This document shows positions 1 through 11,900 of a stretch of DNA of 64,000 nt, in pieces (positions within the stretch are counted from its first letter, which is position 1; each line of letters starts with the position of its first letter). The notes under the pieces were generated by a model. The model saw only the letters and a program-made list of their open reading frames with translations, was not told the origin of the DNA and did not search any database. This DNA is from Azolla caroliniana (taxonomy: Eukaryota > Plantae > Polypodiophyta): contig JBHGNT010000003.1 in the NCBI GenBank assembly GCA_043228905.1, positions 7,006,001 through 7,070,000 of the forward strand, written 5' to 3'. Made by a program: the position numbers and the translations under genes.

Positions 1-573
1 ATCTCTCCGACGCGCTTCTTCGTTCAAAATACTTGTCTTTACCGTTTGTAGGGACAAGTTATCTTCGGTGCAGGAGGTGCTGAGAGTCACCACCAAGTTC
101 TCCCAGCTTTCCGGCAATGTACACATCAGAATGATGGCTTGCATTGCATCCTCCAGCGGGAACTTGATCGCCGCAAGCTGGTTCACGAATCCCATGAACG
201 TGCTTACGTGTTCCACCATACTCTCGCCGTCCCGGTACTTGAGGTTCACTATCTTCCTCATCAGGGAGGTCCGGTTCAACGCATTCTTCCTCTCGTAGAG
301 GCCCGACAGCTTCCGCCACATCTCATATGCGTTGGTGTCGTTCGCCACATGTTGTAGAACGCTCACGTCTACGTATTGCCGAATGGTTGCAACGGCTTTC
401 CGGTTCAGAAGCCTCCATTCCGACTCAAGTACTCCCTTCGGTATTTCCGACCTGTCAATCGGTTCGTACAGGTCCCGAACAATCAGAAGATCCTCCATCT
501 TGATCTTCCAGTCGGCGTAATTCTGCGCATTCAGCACCATCATCCCCGGCTGCCCGCTGCCGCCGCCTTCCAT
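1..573 (-). CDS. Copia gag N-terminus (partial, open to window edge)
   Basis: Manual translation from ATG at 573 gives MEGGGSGQPGMMVLNAQNYADWKIKMEDLL...AVATIRQ...LPESWENLVVTL, a typical Copia Gag. Absent from the ORF track because there is no stop inside the window. Confidence 0.85.
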   Translation of the reverse strand, partial: MEGGGSGQPGMMVLNAQNYADWKIKMEDLLIVRDLYEPIDRSEIPKGVLESEWRLLNRKAVATIRQYVDVSVLQHVANDTNAYEMWRKLSGLYERKNALNRTSLMRKIVNLKYRDGESMVEHVSTFMGFVNQLAAIKFPLEDAMQAIILMCTLPESWENLVVTLSTSCTEDNLSLQTVKTSILNEEARRRD

Positions 574-1205
574 TTTCTGCAGCAGTTCGCTCTGATACCA
601 AATTGATGGAAATCAATCGACACTTTCCAAACTTCACCTCTCGGCCACAACCAAGGAAACACACGAATCGTTGTTGCAGAAAATGGGAAATGCGAAAAAT
701 AGAGTGGACACACGATTTAACGTGGAAAACCCTGTACGGGAAAAACCACGGGAGTACAAGACTCCAAACCAAAACTATGCACATAGAAATATACAATGGC
801 GAGCTTCAAGGCGACGACCTTGAGCTCGCTGTCCTCGCCACAGGCGGCGGAAATACACAGAGGCGTCGACCTCTTTCTCATTCACGCTCTATCTCTCTCA
901 CGGCTGCTCTCTCTTCACTCCTCTTGAGTGGAAAAAATAGAAAAATGAGAAGCAACATAAAACTGTTTGCCCTAAGTCATATTTATACACATATGACTTT
1001 GGGGCTATTTACAACTATAGCCTCAAGGGCCCTTGGCAAACATATTCACGGATATGTCCCCGCATCCGGATCTCTCTCCGGGTACATTCGTCATCCGGCT
1101 CCGAAGCCGGGGTCTTCATCATCCGGTTCCGAAACCGAAACCAGGCTTGTCGGCATTCATCTCTGACATCCGACCATCCCATCCGAAGGGACCGTAATCC
1201 CAACA
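1..1205 (-). mobile_element. Copia element A (Tork/Tnt1-like), 5' part: 5' LTR 604-1205, PBS 589-600, gag start; runs off the left edge
   Basis: TG...CA LTR (minus strand begins TGTTGGGATTACGGTCCC at 1205). PBS TGGTATCAGAGC (tRNA-iMet) on minus at 589-600. LTR is homologous to 2388-3024. Inserted into the RT of element B; expected TSD GATTC at 1206-1210. Confidence 0.92.
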
Positions 1206-2724
1206 GATTCGAGAAGAAAGGGAAGGAGCACCTAGTATGCCGGTTGAAGAAGAGCCTTTACAGACTGAAGCAGGCTCCCCGGCAATGGTACCGGAAGTTC
1301 GACTCTTTCATGACCGACGAAGGGTACCACAAAACGCAGTCCGATCACTGCGTGTTTGTGAAGAAGTTCGAAGGAGGAGACTTTCTAATACTCCTCCTGT
1401 ACGTGGACGACATGTTGATCGTCGGACGGGACCAGGTCAAGATACGGATGCTGAAGAAAGCGCTTCACCGAACCTTCTCAATGAAGGACCTGGGTCCGGC
1501 GAGGCAAATACTAGGGATGCACATCATCCAGGACCGGAGCAAGAAGCAGTTGTGGCTGTCACAGGAGAAGTACGTGACAAAGGTGCTTCACCGGTTCAAC
1601 ATGTCGGAAGCAAGACCGGTCGGGTCAACCCTCCCGGCAAACTGCAAGTTGTCCAGCAAGCAAAGCCCCAAGACAAAGGCTGAGAAGGAGGACATGATGA
1701 AAGTACCATATGCCTCTGCCGTCGGAAGCTTGATGTACGCAATGGTGTGTACAAGACCGGACATAGGATATGCAGTCGGAGTGGTGAGCCGGTACATGAG
1801 CAATCCCGGCAAAGAGCACTGGAACGCGGCCAAGTGGATACTCCGATACCTGAAGGGCACGGCAAACGTGTCCCTCCGATTCGGCTCCGGTAAGCCCGAA
1901 CTCGACGGCTTTACCGATTCGGATATGTCGGCTGATGCAGATACCAGCCGGTCCACATCAGGGTATGTGATGACGTATGCAGGGGGAGCTGTTTCGTGGC
2001 AATCGAGGCTGCAGAAGACGGTTGCGTTGTCAACCACGGAGGCGGAGTACATGGCGGCTGTTGAAGCCGGCAAGGAAATAATATGGATGAAGGACTTCAT
2101 TAGAGAGCTCGGTATCCGGCAGGAGGAGTACCGACTCTACTGCGACAGTCAGAGTGCCATCCACCTTGCGAAGAATGTGGCCTATCACTCCCGGACGAAG
2201 CACATCCAACGAAGATATCACTGGATCCGGGAAAGGATAGAAGTCCAGGAGTTCGTGCTGACGAAGATCCACACGGACGAGAATGGGTCAGATATGCTGA
2301 CCAAAGTGCTCACACCCGACAAGCTGGAAGCGTGCCGGAAGAGGGTCGGACTGGAAAGACATCCCATGCCGAAGTGAAGGGGGAGTTTGTTGGGATTACG
2401 GTCCCTCCGGATGGGATGGTCAGATGTCCGGGAATCGGGAATGAAGACCCGAATGAGGAGTACCCGGTATCGGAACCGGATGATGAAGACCCGGTTTCGG
2501 ATCCGGATGATGAAGACCCCGGCTACGGAGCCGGATGACGAATGTACCCGGAGAGAGATCCGGATGCGGGGACATATTTGTGAATATGTTTGCCAAGGGC
2601 CCTCTAGGCTATATTTGTAAATAGCCTGAAAGTCATATGTGTATAAATATGACTTAGGGCAAACAGTTTTGTTGTTGTTGCTCATTTTTCTGTTTTCCAC
2701 TTAGAGGGAGCGAAGTGAGAGCAG

Positions 2725-2764
<40 letters not shown>

Positions 2765-3024
2765 GAGGTCGACGCCTCTGTGTAATACCGCCGCCTGTGG
2801 CGAGGACAGCGAGCTCAAGGTCATCGCCTTGCAGCTCACCATTGTACATTCCCTGCGGATAGTGATAGTTGGAGTCTTGCACTCCCGTGGTTTTTCCCGT
2901 CTAGGGTTTTCCACGCTAAACCCTGTGCATTCGAGTCTCTCTCTGTGTTTTCGATTTACTGTTGCATTGACTCGTGTTTCCTCGGTTGTGGCCGAGAGGT
3001 GAAGGTTTTGAAAGCGTCAATTTC
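1206..3024 (+). mobile_element. Copia element B, 3' part (RT-RNaseH, PPT, 3' LTR 2388-~3024)
   Basis: PPT GAAGGGGGAG at 2376-2385 precedes LTR start TGTTGGGATTACG at 2388. LTR contains ~27-bp tandem units and (GA)n. A canonical terminal CA is not cleanly visible at ~3019-3024. Confidence 0.92.
1244..2377 (+). CDS. Copia reverse transcriptase/RNase H (C-terminal part of pol)
   Basis: Motifs LKKSLYRLKQAPRQW, LLLYVDDML, TRPDIGYAVG, STTEAEY and HSRTKHI; the frame is uninterrupted. Confidence 0.95.
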   Translation: MKKSLYRLKQAPRQWYRKFDSFMTDEGYHKTQSDHCVFVKKFEGGDFLILLLYVDDMLIVGRDQVKIRMLKKALHRTFSMKDLGPARQILGMHIIQDRSKKQLWLSQEKYVTKVLHRFNMSEARPVGSTLPANCKLSSKQSPKTKAEKEDMMKVPYASAVGSLMYAMVCTRPDIGYAVGVVSRYMSNPGKEHWNAAKWILRYLKGTANVSLRFGSGKPELDGFTDSDMSADADTSRSTSGYVMTYAGGAVSWQSRLQKTVALSTTEAEYMAAVEAGKEIIWMKDFIRELGIRQEEYRLYCDSQSAIHLAKNVAYHSRTKHIQRRYHWIRERIEVQEFVLTKIHTDENGSDMLTKVLTPDKLEACRKRVGLERHPMPK

Positions 3025-3557
3025 TGTGTGAATATCGAGGGCGCCTTTATGGTGCCGAAGAGTAGTCAAGTCGGGGCAAACGATCCCATGGAAGGCGGGA
3101 TTTGTCCCACATTGTAACGCATCCCTTTCCTTGTTCTATAAAAGGAAGGGAACGCCCTTTGTGAAAGGGTTGCCCGTTTTGCATTAGAGGGTATACCGTT
3201 AGGTTTAGAGTTAGGTTTTTTTCTTCTTCTTCTCCTTCCTCTTCCCCTTCGTGTTCGCTTAGGGTTTGCTTTGGTTCGGCCTCCTGTGCAAGACCCCGCT
3301 CGGCGCGACGAGCTGAGAGCTCCCCGACGGCAGCTTGGCAGCTTATGACTATTGTAACCTACCTCAGTACGGCTCGACGCCAGGAATGTATTCTTCCCTT
3401 TATATATATAAATATATATACGTTTGTCTGTGTATATTCGCGTCGTTGTTGGCGTCGGGTGCTTAACCTCTCCTGCGTTTTCTGTACATAAGGCGTGAGT
3501 CGGGTTGGGCTATGTGTGCGTGTGTGTGCGTGTGTGTGCGTGAGTCGGTGTTAAGCA

Positions 3558-3615
<58 letters not shown>

Positions 3616-3738
3616 TCGGGTGCTTCCGGGATGCCCCAGAAACAGTGAAGCACGACTTCCTACGCTCCGTCTCTCCCTAGTCCAAGACCCCCGTGGTCCC
3701 GCCTTACTCCACGCACGCGCGTAACAACGCGACATATT

Positions 3739-3756
3739 TGGTGAACCCGACGTGAA
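3739..3756 (+). promoter_or_regulatory. Primer binding site complementary to the tRNA-Trp 3' end
   Basis: TGGTGAACCCGACGTGAA is the reverse complement of ...TTCACGTCGGGTTCACCA, the plant cytosolic tRNA-Trp 3' end as I recall it. It lies 4 nt after the LTR-terminal CA at 3734. Confidence 0.8.
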
Positions 3757-5389
3757 AGGCAACGGAGGATGGAGTTGGAAGACGACGACCTTGCGGAGAT
3801 GGTGGCCGAAGTGGTGTTTGGAGTCAGCACGAGTGATGATGAGGCGACAAGCAACGCAACAAGCGGTTGAGCGAGTGGTCGAAAGAGTCGGCCGTTTCAA
3901 CGGGGACAAAGTCCCATCTTACTTGGAAGCCTACAACGCGGAAATGGAGGAGCGTGGCGTAGACGAGGCATTGAGGCTGGAGTTCTTCTATCGGGTCGTG
4001 GCTGTCCGGATGCATGCGGAAATAAAGGAGCTCTGTGAGGCTCCTAGTTCGTGGGAGGCCTTCGAAGAGGCGCTCCTGAAGGCATACGAAGGACGGCGGA
4101 AGAGCCGGGGACGGCACGACTTTGAAGCCTACAACGTGGAAATGGAGGAGCGTGGCGTAGACGAGGCGTTGAGGCTGGAGTTCTTCTGTCGGGTCGTGGC
4201 TGTCTGGATGCATGCGGAAATAAAGGAGCTCCGTGAGGCTCCTAGTTCGTGGGAGGCCTTCGAAGAGGCGCTCCTGAAGGCATACGAAGGACGGCGGAAG
4301 AGCCGGGGACGGCACGACTTTGACCAGTGGGTAGCATCGGCAAAGACCCACCGGGGCGCGACCAAGGAGTTCCGAGAGTTCGAGCGACGGCTTGCTCGGC
4401 TCCCGGAGCGGGAACAAGGTTTGGTGGGGGCGGACAAAGTCCTTTTGTTTGTCAAGTCGATCGACTAAGCGGAACGGGAAGCCATCGGGATTGAGCTCGA
4501 AGACGATGACGGAGCGAATGGGCTTACGGAGGACTGGTCGAAGGTCGGAAGGGTGTGCCAACGGCTAGACAACGAGCGAGCCGAGAAGGCTAAGAGGAAG
4601 GTACGCGACGGCGTGCCATCACAGTGGGAAGAGGCCAAACGACAAAGGGAGTTGGCAAGGATCAGCGTTGGGGCCAGGATTGCGGAGGCGTACGCAGCTC
4701 TCCAGGCGATGCTCGAGGAAGAGGAAAGATCAAGGCCGCAAGCCGAGACTGAGAAGACGAACTTGCCCCACGCGACGGTGGAAGATCGGTACCACGGTAC
4801 CACGGGAGAGGGTGCAGAACGAAACGTCCTCTCGACTTGCGGCGATAGAACGGCCAAGGAAGAGGCCGAGATACAGATCACGGAATCGGAACTTTGGGAC
4901 CAGCGGTTTCAGGCGTGTCAGCCCGAGATCCCGGTCATTGGAGAACCAAGCCCAGACGGGGCTTGCGCGATCGGTAAGAAGACGACCGCCGACCACGAAG
5001 AGTCGGTGGCTACGGACAAGGGCGTAAAACGGACAGGCGATTCTTTGTGTCTTCCCACACTTGCTCCCGAGACGATGGCAGTCGGGCCGGAGTGCCCACG
5101 TGAGCCCCAAGCAGAGGAAGGCGGCGGAAGGCCAAGAATCACCGGCGAGACGATACGGGGAAGGAGCGAACGAAAGCCCGCGGACCCGATTCCGGAGAAC
5201 TCGGCATTCGGGCCCGTATGCCCATATAAGACCGAGGAGATGGAGTCCTGGCACGATGCCAGCGAAGTCGGATGGGAAACGGCCTACGAGGAGGCCAAGG
5301 ACGGACACGGCACGAGGAGATCGGCATTCCGATGCGGATGGAGCGTGATCCGGTCGTGGATTGTTCAATCGGGGCCGGATTCGGCATGA
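3752..5389 (+). pseudogene. Gag-like coding remnant of element C with an internal 198-bp duplication and a premature stop at 4466-4468
   Basis: ORF begins just after the PBS (RFNGDKVPSYLEAYNAEM...WEAFEEALLKAY) and continues in the same frame as ORF 4553-5389 after a TAA. 3926-4123 is duplicated at 4124-4321. Confidence 0.65.
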
Positions 5390-5489
5390 AGGTGCCGATA
5401 CGGGAGAGGGTGCGGGACGAGCCGCCCTCTTTTACATGGGGAGAAAGACCGACCGAGCGAAGGTCGAGATTTGGGAAGACAAAGGGGCG

Positions 5490-5815
5490 GTCTACGGAGG
5501 ATCCTTCACACCGGTTATAGAGACTTTGGCAGTCGGCAACGCGGTCGACGTAAGACCAAGATACTGATGGTGGCGGCGAGGTGACGAAGGCAAGGGCTAC
5601 GGATGGGCGGCCCAAGGAGGACCCTTCACACCGGTTCTAGAGACTTCGGCAGTCGGCAACGCGGTCGACGTAAGACCAAGATACTGACGGTGGCGGCGAG
5701 GTGACGAAGGCTATGGGCGTAACGAAGTCCGGTCCTACGGGATCCCCACACTAACCAGAGAATTCGGCAGTCGGCAACGCGGTCGACGTAAGACCAAGAT
5801 ACTGATGGTGGCGGC
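5490..5815 (+). repeat. ~120-bp tandem repeat (3 copies; more diverged copies near 5950 and 6670) in the internal region of C
   Basis: GGCAGTCGGCAACGCGGTCGACGTAAGACCAAGATACTGA recurs at ~5528, ~5648 and ~5766. Confidence 0.85.
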
Positions 5816-7630
5816 GGGAAACGGGAAACGGGACCCGACTACGCGGAAGACACGAGGAGAGTCCGGGAGGGACTCAAACAAAAGACACCCGAGTTTCGGC
5901 AAGCATAGAAACGGAGTCCGGTCCTATGGGACCCTCACACCGATCCGGAGACTCCGGCTGTTCGGCCAACGTGGCAACGTAAGACCGAGGGAGAAGGACG
6001 GTAGCAGCAGGGAACAGGACCCGACGACACGAGGTTTCGGAAGGAGCCGGTAGGGGCAAACACGGGGAGGTGTGTCAGGCCGGAAAGGCACACCTGGGAT
6101 AGAACAAGAATCTCGCAAGTGGCCATCGCGGGCCGGATCGAAGCGTGACTACGGGACGGTGTTCGGCGCGGGCGGGGCCGAACGAAGGAAGCGGAAGACG
6201 ACACAAGGGAGGTGCCGGGAACGAGGTTACAAGTGCCTAGTGGACTGCACAGGGTCGGAGTCACGGGATGGCAAGAAAGGCCGGAGGAGGATCCTCCACA
6301 CTCGCTTTGTAGATCTCGGTAGCTCCGTCGAAGTAGCGAAGACTAACACGGCAAGCCCGGGGTGACAAGCTGGTGGGGGCGAGGGGACGACGGCAAGAGG
6401 AAGACTCAGGACCTATCGCGGCAGCACGAAGATGGGAAGGGCCAAGCGGGCTACTACGGGGTGTTCCTCGGATGTAAAGGACACCGGGATGCGGGTGAGC
6501 GACGATGCACGATCTGGCCGGGAAAGGGGCCGACGAGCCGTGCAATGAACCGAGGTACAGCACAGGCAATGCCAAACAACGGTCGAGGGTATGTGGCACA
6601 CGGAGGTGCCGGAGCAGGAAGGCAAGCGCGGAGGAGACCGGAAAAGGGATCCTCCACACCGTTCCGGAGACCATGGCGGTTCGAGCCGACGCGGCGACGT
6701 AAGACCATGGAGAAGGAAGGTGGCGGCAGGAGGACGTTGGGCATACGGCGGGAAGCGGGGCGTTCACACGGCCGAACAAGGGCCAACGGAAGTATGCGTA
6801 CTACGGAGATCGCGGCAGAGGACCCATCGACGGGTCGACTAAGCCTACGGGGAGGCGAGCGTGAAGGAAGACTCGAAGCCGACGGATCAAACCAGCAGCA
6901 AGCCGAGATGCGGATCACGGGAGACCGGTTTCTCACCGGCCGAAATCTCTCACCCTTCAACCAGATTTGGCACGTACCGGTGGACGTGCAGTTAGGTGGG
7001 GGCGGATGTCGTCAAGAATTTCGGCCAGAGGCAGAAATCGGGAAACATTGGCTACATCGGCAGGGTGCAGCGTGTGTACGCACCCATGTACATTTAGTGT
7101 GAATATCGAGGGCGCCTTTATGGTGCCGAAGAGTAGTCAAGTCGGGGCAGACGATCCCATGGAAGGCAGGATTTGTCCCACATTGTAACGCATCCCTTTC
7201 CTTGTTCTATAAAAGGAAGGGAACGCCCTTTGTGAAAGGGTTGCCCGTTTTGCATTAGAGGGTATACCGTTAGGTTTAGAGTTAGGTTTTTTTCTTCTTC
7301 TTCTCCTTCCTCTTCCCCTTCGTGTTCGCTTAGGGTTTGCTTTGGTTCGGCCTCCTGTGCAAGACCCCACTCGGCGCGACGAGCTGAGAGCTCCCCGACG
7401 GCGGCTTGGCAGTTGACGACTACTGTAACCTACCTCAGTCCGGCTCGACGCCAGGAATGTATTCTTCCCTTTATATATATATATATATATATACGTTTGT
7501 CTGTGTATATTCGCGTCGTTGTTGGCGCCGGGTGCTTAACCTCTCCTGCGTTTTCTGTACATAAGGCGTGAGTCGGGTTGGGCTGTGTGTGCGTGTGTGT
7601 GCGTGTGTGTGCGTGAGTTGGTGTTAAGCA

Positions 7631-7674
<44 letters not shown>

Positions 7675-7778
7675 TCGGGTGCTTAACAATGAAGCACGAC
7701 TTCCTACGCTCCGTCTCTCCCTAGTCCAAGACCCCCGTGGTCCCGCCTTTCTCCACGCACGCGCGTAACAACGCAACA

Positions 7779-8092
7779 ACGGGTGGAAGATACGGGCGGC
7801 GACGCGCGCCACTGAGGAACTACACAGGGCCTACCCAAACGTGCGAGTCAAGATCGGCGACGTCGAAATAGATCAGCACTTCTTTGTGCAGGAGACGTCC
7901 TCACACCTGGTCATACTGGGAGAACCATACATTACGGCAGCACAGATGGAGACCAAGGTGCTGGACAACGGGTCGGCTTACGCGAGGGTCAAGAGTCAGG
8001 ACGGGCGTCATTCGGTCCAGTTCCTGACAGTGCGACTGAACCACGAGCGAAACCGCAAGTCCCTCGGTGGTGAGAATCGAGAGGATTTTTAG
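7779..8092 (+). pseudogene. C-terminal half of the retropepsin-like protease of D, ending at TAG 8090-8092
   Basis: GWKIRAA...NVRVKIGDVEIDQHFFVQETSSHLVILGEPY contains an ILG-type protease motif. The N-half is displaced by the insertion of C. Confidence 0.7.
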
Positions 8093-8148
8093 AGAGGGTT
8101 GTCAAGGCGTGGGGCCGCGACAGTCCGGACACTCCGGGAAAACCCCAC
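8083..8148 (+). promoter_or_regulatory. Candidate -1 programmed ribosomal frameshift signal (slippery heptamer + pseudoknot)
   Basis: G GAT TTT (8083-8089) directly precedes the 0-frame TAG. A 6-nt spacer is followed by stem 8096-8103/8119-8126; loop GTGGGG (8109-8114) is complementary to CCCCAC (8143-8148). The -1 frame is open from 8074 into pol. Confidence 0.7.
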
Positions 8149-8801
8149 AAATGTACGATAGAGACGAAACCGAAGAAACCTTGTACCATAAGTAGGAAGT
8201 TTTGTTTCCCCGACAACGGAGGGTGTACAATAGTCGACGTCGTTGGCCGAGAAAAGACAAGGGCGGAAGAGCGACTTCGGGCGTGCGGAGTTCTCGGGCC
8301 CAGCGAAGAAATCAACGGAGCCGTGGAGGCGGTCTCCTTCGACGATACCTTGGGAATATTGCGAGAGGTGGTCGGAGAGGGCCTTAAAGAGGACCGGACG
8401 ATACCGGTTTGTTCAGAAGAGATGTACGAAGTCATCGCGGACTTCAGTCGAGGGCTCGAGTCGGATCGGACGGCCCGGGTTAACACGAAGTACAAGACTG
8501 TGGACCGGAAGGTAAGGCCAGTCGTGGCACCCTTACCCGAGGGCAGCGAGTTGCGAATCAAGGGGGTCGCGTCGGACCCCAGTTTACGAGATCCGGCCTA
8601 CATAGAGCACGCCTTCACCGACAGAACGCTACGGGAGCTCAAAATCGGTGGGGGCGGGTTCCTACTGCTGGCGGAAGAAGACCGGTTTCAGAGAATGCTC
8701 GGAAGGCACGGGAAAGCCTTCGCATTCTCACCGGGAGAGATCGGGTGCGTAGACCCGACAGTCGTGAAGCCGATGGTGATATTCACGGTACCGCATGTGT
8801 C

Positions 8802-8889
8802 TGTTGGAGACAAGGTCGTCTATGCGGAAGATTAAGAAGCATTCGATTCTGTTCTGTACCTGCGTATGACAGTTTCTAGGTCGTTGCAC

Positions 8890-8928
<39 letters not shown>

Positions 8929-11900
8929 CACAAAACGACTCTTTTTATTCCATAAAGCAATAATACAACCCAACCTTACAAAAAGGTTACAAGGTCACTA
9001 TATATAGTGACAGACTTAGGGCATCTACCATTTATGCTAATTACACAAATGGCCCAAACTTGATCTATACAAAGGGATAGTGTGAATACGTCCATTATAC
9101 ACTTGTATTCGACACTCCCCCGTAATGGGCGTATACATGGGTTATCTAAGATTACAGGCATAAACCTAGGTTCTTGGACATATCAGTTTTGTTCGAGTCG
9201 GCAGGGTCCGAAGGCAGAAGACCGAATTGGTCGGGTCGGAAGAGTTGAAGCCGATCATTAAGGAACTGATGTCGGTTGTAGGAAACCATCCTGCAATGTG
9301 TCCGGCTCTAACCGGACTGGTTTGTCGTTACGCCCATCTGATGCCGAAGGGACCGAAAGCGGTCTGCCGAAAGACACTTGGTCATTCCATCTGCGACATT
9401 GTCGGTTGTGGATATTTTCTCTAGACCGATTTTCCCTGAAATGACGCAGTCCCGAACGAAGTGATATCGAACGTCGATATGTTTGGAGGCGTTGTGGTGA
9501 ACCGGATTTTTCGACAAGGCAACAGCACCTTGACTGTCGCTATAGACAACTGGGGCCGAGTCATGGTCGACTTGTCGAAACGTGTGCGCCAGCCGGCCGA
9601 GCCACAAAGCTTCTTTTGCAGCGTCGGACGCAGCTACATATTCTGCTTCGGTCGTTGAGGTCGCTGTGCCCTCCTGAAGTTTCGACTTCCACGAAATTGC
9701 TCCATTGCCGAATTTGAAGCAGTATCCAGTTGTTGATTTCCGACTGTCTATACAGCCGGCGAAGTCCGAGTCGGTGTAACCGACTACGCCTGTAGTTGAG
9801 TTCGGACCGAAAAGAATGTCGTGGTCTTTTGTGCCAGCCAGATATTTGAACACATGCTTGACTGCGTTCCAATGCGATCGGCCAGGATTGTGCATAAATC
9901 TGCTAACGACTCCTACGGCATGAGAAATATCAGGCCGTGTCGCGACCATCAGGTACATAAGGGAGCCGACTGCCGGTGCATACGGTACCGACTTCATATC
10001 TTCCCCCTCCGGACCGGATGTCGGGCAGTCTCGCTGAGAGAGCCGAAGATTCATGGGGAGCGGGGTTGAAGCAGATTTGGCTGATTGCATGTTGAAGCGT
10101 TCCAAGACACGTCCGATATAGTCGGTCTGAGACAAAAAAAGATGTCGTTGATCGCGATGCCGACTAATCTTCATGCCAAGTATGTGTCATGCCGGACCGA
10201 GGTCCTTCATGGCAAACTTCAACCGCAGTTGCCGAATGAGATCGGCAAGTTCGCCCGCGTGGCGTCCAGAAATTAGCATGTCGTCCACGTAAATGATGAG
10301 GAAGATGGGTGATCCATCTTGAGCTGTGTTGGTAAAAAAACAATGGTCCTCATCGCTTTTTGAGAAGCCGATCGATTGGATGAAGTCGTCGAACTTCTTG
10401 TACCATTGTCGCGGTGCCTGTTTGAGGCCGTATAGACTATTCCTGAGTCGGCAGACTAGATGTTCTTGGCCAGTTACCACGAAGCCTTTTGGCTGCTCCA
10501 TATAAATTTCCTCTTCAAGATCACCATGGAGGAATGCTGTTTTGACATCTAGCTGAATCAGCTCCAAGTTGTCGGCTGCCACTACGCCGAGTAGAAAACG
10601 AAGGGTTGTCATTTTCACCACTGGTGAAAAAATCTCGTCGAAGTCGACGCCATATTCTTGTCGGAAGCCCTTCGCAACTAATCTGGCCTTGTACTTTGGG
10701 GTGGTCGAATCAGACGTCTCTTTTAGTCGATAAACCCACTTGCAAGGAAGAGCACGTCGGTTCCTAGGTAATTCGACCAGATCCCAAGTCTTGTTTGCCC
10801 GAATGGAGTGCATTTCCGACTCCATCGCCAGATGCCAGGTGGCGGAATCGACAGATGTCGATGCTTCTTCGTAAGACGTCGGTTCGCCGGCGTCGGTGAA
10901 GAAAATTCCAGGAGAATACCTCTCCGGAGGTTGCGACAGTCTCTCGGATCGTCGAGGTATGATTGGACTGGTCGCATCGGGTATCGAGGTCGGATGGTCC
11001 GAAAGCTGCTGTGCCGAGTCAGAGTTGTCCGAATCGGTAGTGTAAGGTTCAGCTACCCGTGAAGCTGACCGTGTGTTAAGAGCGGGGCCTTCTTGAAGGG
11101 TCGGCACATCGGAAAATGTGACCCTTCGGACTTCGATCGGTGTTTTGACTGATGGATTCATAGCCGACTCGTTGAACACAACGTCCGAACTTCGGACGAT
11201 TTGTCTGCGTTCGGGATCCCAGAGTCGGTATCCCATTTCGCCGTCGGATCCATATCCAAGGAAAATGCATTTCCTGGACCGAGGTGCAAGTTTTCGGCGA
11301 TCATCTTTCGGAATAAGGGCGTACGCCTCGCATCCGAAGATCCTCAGCTTGTCGTAATTCGGCTTACTGCCGATCCATAGTTCCGGAGGAATTTGAAGTC
11401 CTAGAGGTCTGCTTGGCGACATATTGATTATGTGTACTGCCGTGAGTAGAGCCTCTGCCCAGAAGCCATCTGACAGTCCGGAGTGTTGGAGCATGGAAAC
11501 TATCCGTTCTTGGATTGTCCGATTCATGCGTTCGGCAATCCCGTTTTGCTCCGGACTGTGTGGTGCCGTAAATTCACGTCGGATGCCGCGTTGTCGGCAG
11601 AATTTGACGAATTCTTCTGATTTGAACTCTCCCCCATTGTCGGTCCGAAAGCATTTCAGTTTTCGGTCGGTTTGATTTTCTACCATAGCGAGCCAATCGG
11701 AGAAGATCGAGAAGACACGATCTTTGGTGCGAATTGGATAAGCCCACACCTTTCGAGTCGAATCGTCAATAAAACTGACGAAGTAAGAGGCACCGCCGAG
11801 AGACTGATGCGGCATTGGGCCACAGACGTCCGAGTGGACCAAATCGAGAGGTCTCGTTTCTCTTGGTGCTGATGTCGGGTGTGATGCGGCTGCTTGTTTG

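Larger units (their letters stand above)
3025..7778 (+). mobile_element. Non-autonomous Gypsy-type element C: 5' LTR remnant ~3025-3734, tRNA-Trp PBS, degenerate gag-like region, no pol, 3' LTR 7007-7778
   Basis: 3027-3734 is a direct repeat of ~7097-7778. The 3' LTR runs TGTCGT...ACGCAACA after PPT AGGTGGGGGCGGA (6994-7006). No RT or INT motifs internally. Confidence 0.88.

Noticed and set aside
603-1166. 187-aa ORF and other overlapping antisense ORFs in the TE stack
   Set aside because: They lie in LTRs or opposite GC-rich TE genes and show no recognisable domains.
5490-6730. Repeat-spacer-like pattern in element C
   Set aside because: The intervening sequences are themselves related, so this is a decaying tandem repeat within a retroelement.
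10187-10189. Programmed stop-codon readthrough in Copia E
   Set aside because: It falls mid-RT at a position that is Arg in element B, so a CGA-to-TGA mutation is simpler.
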